Source: an uncultured Acidobacteriota bacterium (GTDB lineage: Bacteria; Acidobacteriota; Thermoanaerobaculia; Gp7-AA8). From it: a stretch of DNA of 64,000 bases. Of the stretch, positions 27,472-35,439 are shown piece after piece. Position 1 is the stretch's first letter. Each line of letters begins with the position of its first letter. Below the pieces are notes generated by a model, which saw only the letters and a list, made by a program, of their open reading frames with translations, was not told the DNA's origin and did no database searches. The stretch lies in contig CAWGHO010000001.1 of assembly GCA_963822445.1 (NCBI GenBank), forward strand, positions 1,312,001 through 1,376,000, read 5' to 3'. A program made the translations under genes and the position numbers.

Positions 27472-29222
27472 CGGACCGCTTTCGCGCGCTCGAGGAACTT
27501 CGCCGGCGGCTCGAAGCCTGTCAGACGCAGGTCCTTCCGCTCGTTGCCGCTGGCGTCGATGAAGACGATCGTCGGAACGCCGAGGATCTGGTACTCCGCG
27601 GTCAATGCCTTCGTCGTCGCGTCTTCCGCGGCAGTGAGGTCGGCTTTCACGCGAACGAAACGATCCAGCTCCGAGACGACCCCCGCATCGGTGAACGTCT
27701 TCTCATCGAGCTCCTTACACGGCAGGCACCAGTCGGCGTAGAAGTCGATGACCACGGGCTTGTTCGCGGCACGCGCGGCAGCGAGCGCCTTGGTTTCGTA
27801 CTTGTTCCAGGTGACCGCGGTCGCGTGCTTCCGCGGAATCGCGAAGGCGACTCCGGAGACGAGCAACAGTGCGGCGATCGCAATCCGCCAGACGCGTGCG
27901 CCTTTCGACCTCGTGAAAAACAGAAAAGCCGCACCGATGAGCAGGCTTGCCGCCGCGCCGTACTGAAACGCGAGGTCGCCGATCAGCGGCCGCAAAAAGT
28001 AGAAGGCCATGGCGATGAGGATGAAGCCCATGGCCTTCTTCACCTGCAGCATCCACTCACCGGAGCGCGGGATGGAGCTCGCGGCCGAAGCGAAGATGCC
28101 GAGGAACAGGTACGGGAGTCCGAGGCCGAGGGCCAGGACGAAAAACATGAGGAAGCCGAGGAACGGGCTCTGAAGGCTGCTGACCAGCGCGATCAGCGAA
28201 ATCACGAACGGCCCGACGCACGGCGCGGCCACGATGCCGATCACGAGGCCCATCGTCAGCGCGCCGGCCAGACCAGCCTGTCCGCCGGATTTCCTGGTGA
28301 TCCACTGCGGCGGCTGAATCTCGAACGCGCCGAACATCGACGAGGCCATGACCAGCATCAGCAGTGCAAAGAAGATAAGCACCGCCGGATGCTGCAGCCA
28401 CGCGCCGAACAGCTTGCCCGACAGCGCGGAGAACACGCCGAGTGCGGAGTAGGTAATGGCGATGCCGAGGACGTAGAGCGAGGAGAGCGCGACGCGGCGG
28501 CCGGTGCTCGAGCCGCTCTGCGAGCCGAAGTATCCGAGGGTGATCGGGATCAGCGGATAAACGCAGGGGGTGAGGTTGAGCGCGAGCCCGAGGACGAAGA
28601 TCGCCAGTAGCGTGAGCGGAAGACCTCGCGCCGCGAACGTGCTGCCGACGTCACTGGAAAGCAGCGAAGACGAGCTCTTCACGCCTTTCGGCGCGGCGCT
28701 GAGCGGAGTGAAATTCGCACCAGACGCGGGAGCGGCAACCGCGGGAGCCGCGACGGTCTTTGTCGCGTCGATGTCCGCGAACGCATCGTTCGGCGGAAGG
28801 CAGACCGTGTCGCTGCAAGCCTGGTAGTGAAGCTTCGCCTTGATCGTGTTCGCGCCGGGCTTCAGCTTCGCGCGAAAGGGAATCGCGACCTTGCCGTCGA
28901 ACACGGCGAGCTGCTTGCCGCCGGTGAACTCGAAGGCCTTCATCGCGTGAGGCGGGAACTTCGCCTCGATCAACTCCGCGGTCACGGCGTCGACGTCGAG
29001 CGCGGTCGGAATCGCGAATTCTTCGGTCGGCACGTTCGAGTTGATGTGCCATCCATCCTCGACCGTGGCGATGATCGTTCCGTCGACCTCGTCGCCGGTC
29101 CGCTTCTGAACGGACCCGTCGATGGTGACTTTGCCCGCGCCGCCGGCGCCGGGAAACGCGATCTGAGCGATGGTGGGAAGAGCAGCGAGCGTGAGGAACA
29201 GCAGTACCGCGATTTTTTTCAC
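27468..29222 (-). CDS. dsbD: thiol:disulfide interchange protein
   Basis: YQACSDTVC, LTPCVYP, AAPCVGP, ADWCLPC. Confidence 0.9.
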   Translation of the reverse strand: MKKIAVLLFLTLAALPTIAQIAFPGAGGAGKVTIDGSVQKRTGDEVDGTIIATVEDGWHINSNVPTEEFAIPTALDVDAVTAELIEAKFPPHAMKAFEFTGGKQLAVFDGKVAIPFRAKLKPGANTIKAKLHYQACSDTVCLPPNDAFADIDATKTVAAPAVAAPASGANFTPLSAAPKGVKSSSSLLSSDVGSTFAARGLPLTLLAIFVLGLALNLTPCVYPLIPITLGYFGSQSGSSTGRRVALSSLYVLGIAITYSALGVFSALSGKLFGAWLQHPAVLIFFALLMLVMASSMFGAFEIQPPQWITRKSGGQAGLAGALTMGLVIGIVAAPCVGPFVISLIALVSSLQSPFLGFLMFFVLALGLGLPYLFLGIFASAASSIPRSGEWMLQVKKAMGFILIAMAFYFLRPLIGDLAFQYGAAASLLIGAAFLFFTRSKGARVWRIAIAALLLVSGVAFAIPRKHATAVTWNKYETKALAAARAANKPVVIDFYADWCLPCKELDEKTFTDAGVVSELDRFVRVKADLTAAEDATTKALTAEYQILGVPTIVFIDASGNERKDLRLTGFEPPAKFLERAKAVR

Positions 29223-29223
29223 G

Positions 29224-30072
29224 TTACTTGCCCGACGCCAGACGCCTCTCGATGTCAGGGAGGAACATGTCGACGTTCTTGTTGAGCGGCGACTTCGGAT
29301 AGGTCTTCTTGAAGACGCGGAACTCGTTCGCGGCCGCGAGCAGATTGTTCTGCTGCAGGTAAATCTGTCCCGCGAGTAGGTGCGCCCGCTCGACCGCGTC
29401 TCCGGTCTTGCTGACGGCCTGCAGGCTGCGGATGGTCTTCAGCCCTTCGTCGAGGCGGTTCTGCATCGCGTACGACATGGCCAGGTGGTAGTAGGCATCG
29501 TCGCGAACGGCGGCGGGCACGCCCTTCTCGGTCATCAGCTTCTTCAGGCGGGGATCGCTCTTATCGAACGCCGCGCGGGCGATCAGGTCTTTCGCCAGCT
29601 CGAAGCGCTGCTTGTAGTCCTTTTCGATCGTGGCCTCGTTCTTCAGCCGCTTCTGGAACGCGTCGTACTCGCCGCGGGTCTTGTTGAGGCTGACCACGAA
29701 GTCTTTCGGCGGCGCGTAACCGCGAATCATGCCGGCCAGGCTGAGGTCGGGCGCGAGCAGGAGGAAGGTCGGAAGCTGGGTGACGGCGAACTTCTGCGCG
29801 TACTTGGTCCCCTCTCCCTTGTCCTCGGTATCGAGCCGAAGCAGGACGATGTCGCTGGTCGCGTTCTGGAAGACCTCGGACGGGAAAACCTCCCGCTCGA
29901 AGCGATGGCACCAGCCGCACCACTGCGCGAACATGTCCACGAGGATGAGCTGGTTCTTTTCCCTGGCTACCTTCTGCGCCGCGGCTACCGTTTTGTGCCA
30001 GCCACTGCCGGCAAAGGCCGGAGTGGTCAGCGTGAGCGCCAACACGACGAGCAGGACGATTCTTCGGTTCAT
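29224..30072 (-). CDS. secreted thioredoxin-family protein with TPR domain
   Basis: Signal peptide MNRRIVLL; AQWCGWC; C-terminal TPR helices. Confidence 0.85.
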   Translation of the reverse strand: MNRRIVLLVVLALTLTTPAFAGSGWHKTVAAAQKVAREKNQLILVDMFAQWCGWCHRFEREVFPSEVFQNATSDIVLLRLDTEDKGEGTKYAQKFAVTQLPTFLLLAPDLSLAGMIRGYAPPKDFVVSLNKTRGEYDAFQKRLKNEATIEKDYKQRFELAKDLIARAAFDKSDPRLKKLMTEKGVPAAVRDDAYYHLAMSYAMQNRLDEGLKTIRSLQAVSKTGDAVERAHLLAGQIYLQQNNLLAAANEFRVFKKTYPKSPLNKNVDMFLPDIERRLASGK

Positions 30073-30131
30073 CTCGCGGTCCCAAACGGCAGCGGAAAAA
30101 GGGCTATTCCGTTGACTTGTAACGCGATGTG

Positions 30132-30878
30132 TCAACGCGATGACACGTCGGCGAGCTTTTTCTTCTCCGCGTACTCGCGCGCGGCTTCGATGAACGCGCC
30201 GAAGAGCGTCGCAGCCGAGTCCTCGCCGGTCATGTCCTCGGGATGCCACTGCACGCCCACGTAGAAAGGATGCTTCGGGTCCTCGAGCCCCTCCACGACC
30301 CCGTCCGGCGCATGGGCGGTCACGCGAAGCCCGTCGCCGACCTTGCCGATGGCCTGATGGTGGGAGGAGTTCACGTTCAGCTCGTGTTCGCAAAGGATCT
30401 CGCCGAGCCGGGTGCCTTTCTCGATGAGGACGTCATGACGGTGACGATCCTCGGGGATGCTGGCGTGACGGATCTCGGTCTGCAGCGCTGAGTCGATGTC
30501 CTGCACGAGCGTTCCGCCGGCGGCGACGTTCATGACCTGCATGCCGAGGCAGATGCCGAGGGTGGGGATGCTGTGCTCGCGGGCCGTTCTGGCAAGGCCG
30601 AGATCGTTCGATTGGCGGCGCGGATCCATGACCGGGTCGACCGTCGGATGGCGCTGCTCGCCGTACGCTGCCGGATCGCAATCGTCGCCACCCGCAAGGA
30701 CGAGTCCGTCCAGGTGACGGATGAGATCGGCTGCGTTCTCCGGCTGAGGCGGGATCACGACCGGAACTGCACCCGCTGCCTTAAGTGCTTCTACGTAAGT
30801 GAGATAGGCGAAGGCGCTTTCGCGGTGTCCATCCGGGCTCAGGACATCCGATCCGATTCCAATGATGGGCTTGCTCAT
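30132..30878 (-). CDS. peptidase C26 / gamma-glutamyl-gamma-aminobutyrate hydrolase family
   Basis: LGICLGMQ, VNSSHHQA, GVQWHPE. Confidence 0.9.
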   Translation of the reverse strand: MSKPIIGIGSDVLSPDGHRESAFAYLTYVEALKAAGAVPVVIPPQPENAADLIRHLDGLVLAGGDDCDPAAYGEQRHPTVDPVMDPRRQSNDLGLARTAREHSIPTLGICLGMQVMNVAAGGTLVQDIDSALQTEIRHASIPEDRHRHDVLIEKGTRLGEILCEHELNVNSSHHQAIGKVGDGLRVTAHAPDGVVEGLEDPKHPFYVGVQWHPEDMTGEDSAATLFGAFIEAAREYAEKKKLADVSSR

Positions 30879-30980
30879 GATTCTCCTGACTTCATTCCAA
30901 CTGCCATGCCGGGCCGATTATCCGAAATTCGAGGGTGGGCGGCGTAGTTTTATTGGGCTCAACACACAACAAGGAGATTC

Positions 30981-31964
30981 ATGACTCGACACCTGCCGAG
31001 ACTCGCCGCCGCGCTGTTGCTTTTCGCCGCCCCTGCTGTGTTCGCTGAGAGCCGCCAAGGCTCGCATGTCGAACTGAAGGCGGTCCCATCGTATGTCGAC
31101 CGGCTGTTCGTCCCGGTCGTCCCCGGTGCGGAGAATACGCTCGCGATCGACTCCCTCGGCCTCGATTCAGTCATCGAAGCTCCAGCCGGTTTCAACGTCA
31201 CCACCCGCCAGGGCACGCTCGTCGTGAAATCCTCTGACGGCGAGCGCGCCGGTTACGCCCGCGTTCGCGGCGGCGGACGCGAGCTCACGCTGACCCTGGT
31301 CAACGTCGTCCCGTACGACGCCATGAAGAACGGCAAGATCGAGGGCTATCGCGTCGGCGAATACAACGAGCGTCCGCTCAAGGGCCTCGCCCAGTACGAG
31401 CGTCCGAAAGGCTTCATCCGCCTGTCGGACTCGAACGGCGCGCTTTGGGTCTCCGACCACTACCGGATGCGCGACTTCCAGTGCAAGCTCGATGGGACGA
31501 CGAAGTTCCTGATCCTGCGCACGGACGCGCTGGTGAAGCTGGAGGTCCTGCAGCACGAGCTCGAGACCACGCACGGCTTCGACTTCGACCGCTTCACCAT
31601 CATGTCCGGCTACCGCACGCCGTACTACAACTCGAAGATCGGCAACGAGACCAGCTACTCGCGCCACCTCTACGGCGACGCGATGGACATCTACATCGAC
31701 GACAACGGCGACGGAAACATGGACGACGTGAACCGCGACGGCCGGATTGACACCGGCGACGCGCGCTTCATCCTTCGCGTTGCCGAGAAGATCGACAACT
31801 CGCGCGAATGGGGCTGGCTGAAGGGCGGCGCGGGCGTGTACCACGCGAACTCCGCGCACGGTCCGTACATTCACGTCGATGCCCGCGGCTACGTCGCGCG
31901 CTGGGGCGCTGTGAACGAGACCGGCGGCGGCACGGGCGCATCGCGCGCCGCGCGGTCGAAGTAA
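30981..31964 (+). CDS. secreted peptidase M15A-like (D-Ala-D-Ala metallopeptidase)
   Basis: SGYRTPYYN, SRHLYGDAMD, YIHVDARG. Confidence 0.85.
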   Translation: MTRHLPRLAAALLLFAAPAVFAESRQGSHVELKAVPSYVDRLFVPVVPGAENTLAIDSLGLDSVIEAPAGFNVTTRQGTLVVKSSDGERAGYARVRGGGRELTLTLVNVVPYDAMKNGKIEGYRVGEYNERPLKGLAQYERPKGFIRLSDSNGALWVSDHYRMRDFQCKLDGTTKFLILRTDALVKLEVLQHELETTHGFDFDRFTIMSGYRTPYYNSKIGNETSYSRHLYGDAMDIYIDDNGDGNMDDVNRDGRIDTGDARFILRVAEKIDNSREWGWLKGGAGVYHANSAHGPYIHVDARGYVARWGAVNETGGGTGASRAARSK

Positions 31965-33422
31965 TCAGTCGAAAATGACCCTGCTCTCACCCCCGAGTGC
32001 GCGGCGCGGCAACGTCCGCGCCTCGGGGACCAGCCACCAGTTCGGCATCCGCGGTTCGAGGAATCCCGTCCCCGCGTAGATCACCGAGATCGGCGCGGTC
32101 TCCAGGACGTTCGTGACCACCGTTGTCCAGCCTGGCTTGAGCGCCGCCTGCTGCTCGACGCGGAAGATGTGCTCGGCGAGGGGCGCGTGCGGAACGATCA
32201 GGTCACCGAGAGCGATGGTGAAGAAGCCCATCTCGTCGTTCGAGGTCTTCGAGAGATGGACCTCGAAGGTGCGCGGCCGGGCGAGTGGCGGGCGGATCTC
32301 GAAGACCTCGTCCTTTTCGAGCGGCGGTTGCGGGAAGACGTAGAAGCCGACGGCTGACGAGACCGTGACGATCTCTCCCGGCGCGTGCGGACGCTTGTAC
32401 GTGAACCGGCCTTCGTCGTCTGTCACCGTCTCTTCCGATGAACCGTCCGCGGCGTGCCAGGAGATCCAGCTCTTGCCGCGCGTGGCCACGCGGCCTTCGC
32501 GCTTCGCAATGCGGACGAGCGGAAGGCGATGCTGTTTCTTCTCGGTCGCCGTCAGCGTGATTTCATCGCTGCAGGAGTTCTCGTAATCCTCGTGACGGCC
32601 GCAGACTCTCAGCTTCCGCTTGGCCACCACCGGCGTGATGACCGCCCGCCCCTCCTCATCCGTCCGAAAGCCGCTCGCGGCGAAATGCGAGCTTCCGGTC
32701 TTGGCGTCCTTCACCGCGCCATAGGAAACGCGCGCGTCTTTGATCGGTTGTCCCGACTCGGCATCGACCACCTCGACCTCCAGACGGTTCGAGGGGATCT
32801 CGATGTCGTACGCGGCATTCTCGACGGGCGACGGCTCGGCCACGAACAAGTACCGGCGGGACCCGTCGCACGGCTCGACGGAGCCTGTTGGCAAAGGCAG
32901 GTACGTGACGGTGGCCACATAGCTACCGGTCTTCGGATCGCTGACGCCGGTGTCGAACACGCGGCCGTAAAACGGCTCGCCGTCCTTCGTGACCTTGCCG
33001 TAGATCGTCGGCCAGCGCACGTCGACGTGCTCCTCCCGCACTTCGCCTTCGTAGACGCGCACGATGCGGTAGATCGGCTCGGCGGTGCCGGCGACGAAGC
33101 GGATGAGATGCGCACCGGGCTGGATGTCACTGAAGATGATCGAGCCCGCGCGATCGTCGGACGACAGCGGCCGCGGTTCCATGGCCTTGCAGTGCTGCGA
33201 TTGCGACACGGCGATCGGTGCCGAGGGATCGCGGCCGGGGCAGATCAGCAGCGTGGCGGTGAACGGCTCGACTCTCCGCGGCTCTTTGCCGCAGTCCGGC
33301 GCCGGCTTGACCATCGCCGTGATGTCGTTGGTCGTCCACCAGTTCACGACCAGCCCTGTCGGCGGCAGTGCATCGGGCTTTTGAAGAATGAGCGCGAGCA
33401 ACAGTGGAAGAAGCGCGTGCAT
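31965..33422 (-). CDS. secreted carboxypeptidase-regulatory-like beta-sandwich repeat protein
   Basis: VVDAESGQPIKDARV, TDEEGR, TDDEGRF; AGGAGG RBS. Confidence 0.7.
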   Translation of the reverse strand: MHALLPLLLALILQKPDALPPTGLVVNWWTTNDITAMVKPAPDCGKEPRRVEPFTATLLICPGRDPSAPIAVSQSQHCKAMEPRPLSSDDRAGSIIFSDIQPGAHLIRFVAGTAEPIYRIVRVYEGEVREEHVDVRWPTIYGKVTKDGEPFYGRVFDTGVSDPKTGSYVATVTYLPLPTGSVEPCDGSRRYLFVAEPSPVENAAYDIEIPSNRLEVEVVDAESGQPIKDARVSYGAVKDAKTGSSHFAASGFRTDEEGRAVITPVVAKRKLRVCGRHEDYENSCSDEITLTATEKKQHRLPLVRIAKREGRVATRGKSWISWHAADGSSEETVTDDEGRFTYKRPHAPGEIVTVSSAVGFYVFPQPPLEKDEVFEIRPPLARPRTFEVHLSKTSNDEMGFFTIALGDLIVPHAPLAEHIFRVEQQAALKPGWTTVVTNVLETAPISVIYAGTGFLEPRMPNWWLVPEARTLPRRALGGESRVIFD

Positions 33423-33449
33423 TGCTGACCTCCTGGCCGCAATGGTTGA

Positions 33450-34379
33450 CTATTTTGCGGCGCGTTTCTTCGACGATCGCTTCTTCGAAGTGGTTTTGCT
33501 CTTTTTCTTCGTGCTCTTCGCCGGCGCGCGGCGCGCGGGCTTGCGCGCGCCGCCTGCTGCGCCGCCAAGGCTGCGGCTCAGGACGGCCAGAAGGTCGACG
33601 ACCTCGCCGCCTTCGCCACCCTCTTCGTCGCGACTCTCTTCCGGCGCGCGGACGATGTCTTCTTTCTTGCGCTCCTTCGCCGCGACGAGCTTCTCCAGCC
33701 GCTCGCCGTAGTCGTCGAGGAACTCGTTGAGGTTGAGTTTTTTCGAGTTCTTGGCGATGGCCGTCTCGAACTTGCGCACATCGCCCGCGGCAGCCTTGGC
33801 GATCTTCGGGAGACCGATGTCGCCCGGCTTGCGGATCTCGTCATCGAAGCGGAGCGTCTCCGCACGGAGGATCCCGTTCTCGGCGATGATCGCGACGAGA
33901 TACTCCTTGGCCCGCATCACGAACGTCGCAATCCCGGCCTGCTTCTTCTGCTCCATCACCTCGGCCAGCAGGCGGTAGGCCTTGTTCGTCCCGCCGGTAG
34001 GAACGAGGAAGTACGCGCGGTCGAAGTACATCGGATCGATGCCCGCAATGTCGACGAAAAGCTGCAGATCGATCTCGCGCGATTTGCGCGGCTCGACCGC
34101 TTCGAGCTCCTCGTCAGTCACGACGACGAACTTGCCCTTCTCGATCTCGTAGCCCCGCACGATGTCGTCGGCGTCGAGCGGCTTCTCATCTTTCGAGCAG
34201 ACGTACCGCCGCTCGACCGGCGCCCCGTCGGGCGCGATCATCCGCAGGGAAATGCCGCGCGGCCGCGTCGCGGAGTAGAGCGCGACGGGAACGGTGACCA
34301 GACCGAACGTGATCGTCCCGGTCCAGAACGAGCGAATCCCGCTTGGTCCACCGCTTTCGACTTCGTCTTCTTCAGCCAC
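33450..34379 (-). CDS. ku: NHEJ Ku protein (with basic C-terminal tail)
   Basis: RSFWTGTITFGLVTVPVALYSA, IVRGYE, IDPMYFDRAYFL, KAYRLL. Confidence 0.93.
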   Translation of the reverse strand: MAEEDEVESGGPSGIRSFWTGTITFGLVTVPVALYSATRPRGISLRMIAPDGAPVERRYVCSKDEKPLDADDIVRGYEIEKGKFVVVTDEELEAVEPRKSREIDLQLFVDIAGIDPMYFDRAYFLVPTGGTNKAYRLLAEVMEQKKQAGIATFVMRAKEYLVAIIAENGILRAETLRFDDEIRKPGDIGLPKIAKAAAGDVRKFETAIAKNSKKLNLNEFLDDYGERLEKLVAAKERKKEDIVRAPEESRDEEGGEGGEVVDLLAVLSRSLGGAAGGARKPARRAPAKSTKKKSKTTSKKRSSKKRAAK

Positions 34380-35193
34380 GTGCTGCCCTCGCTGTCCTCT
34401 TTTGGCGGGCCGGCGCCGCCTTCGTCGCGGCGAGACTGGCCGCCAGCGCGTCGGTGATCTCGTCTTCCTTCACCTTGCGCGGACGGAACACCTTCACCTT
34501 CTGCTTCCCACCGCCCGCGGCCTTCGCTTCGACGAGCTCCAGCACACGTGCGCGGTATTCATCGCGGTATTGCGACGGATCGAACTCGCCGTGCAGCGCG
34601 GTGATGAGCTGCGCGGCCATGTCCACTTCCCGCTTCTGCAGCGGACGACCGGTCGGAGGCTTGAGCGCGTCCGCGGCGATGATCTCGTCGGCGTGCCGGA
34701 GGACGATCAGCATCAGATAGCCATGCTCGGCGCGCAGCGATCCGATGTACTCCCTGTCGCGCATCACCCAGCGGGCAATGCCTTCTTTTTTCTTCTTTTC
34801 GAGCGCCGCCGCGGCGGCGAAGTAGGCCTTCTGATTGCCGTCGGGTCCGAGGTAGTAGGCGCGCTCGTACCAGCGATGATCGATCTCGGACGGACTCACA
34901 AAGCGGGTCACCTTGATCGCCCGCGAATCCTCGGGCTCGAGCCCTTCCAGCTCCTCGTTCTCGAGCACGACCATGCGGCCTCGCGTGAGCGGATAGGCCT
35001 TGCGGACTTCTTTGTATTCGACGGCGTCGCTCGTGCCCGAGGAGACGAGCTTCTGCTTCACGGGCTGCTTGTCGGTCTTGTGCAGCAAGCGGAAACGGAC
35101 CGACTGGTCCTTCACCGCGGAGTAGAGCTTCACCGGCACTTCGAGGCTGCCGATGTGGATGACCCCTTTCCAGATTGCGCGCGCGCCGGCCAT
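34372..35193 (-). CDS. ku: second, divergent NHEJ Ku protein
   Basis: ARAIWKG..VPVKLYSA, IDHRWYERAYYL, EFDPSQYRDEYR, LAASL. Confidence 0.9.
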   Translation of the reverse strand: MAGARAIWKGVIHIGSLEVPVKLYSAVKDQSVRFRLLHKTDKQPVKQKLVSSGTSDAVEYKEVRKAYPLTRGRMVVLENEELEGLEPEDSRAIKVTRFVSPSEIDHRWYERAYYLGPDGNQKAYFAAAAALEKKKKEGIARWVMRDREYIGSLRAEHGYLMLIVLRHADEIIAADALKPPTGRPLQKREVDMAAQLITALHGEFDPSQYRDEYRARVLELVEAKAAGGGKQKVKVFRPRKVKEDEITDALAASLAATKAAPARQKRTARAARG

Positions 35194-35405
35194 CAGGGTC
35201 CTCCTCCGGGAACGTCGATGCACTGCGAGCAGAGCGTTTCCTCGCCAACGTGCTCGACGCAATGCGGACAGAGCGAGCGATCGCACGCGTCGCAACGCGC
35301 CGTGACCGCACGCGCGTGAGGATGGCCGCAACCGTCACAGGTCTCCTCGTGATGGGAGACCAGCCAGTAGGGGATCAGCTTTCTGAGATTCCTGCGAAGT
35401 GCCAC
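35193..35405 (-). CDS. small 4xCxxC zinc-finger protein
   Basis: CDGC-CDAC-CPHC-CSQC; its stop overlaps the Ku start (TGATG). Confidence 0.7.
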   Translation of the reverse strand: MALRRNLRKLIPYWLVSHHEETCDGCGHPHARAVTARCDACDRSLCPHCVEHVGEETLCSQCIDVPGGGP

Positions 35406-35439
35406 GAGCTGATCGGCAATGCATCGCCCGCGCCGGGTT

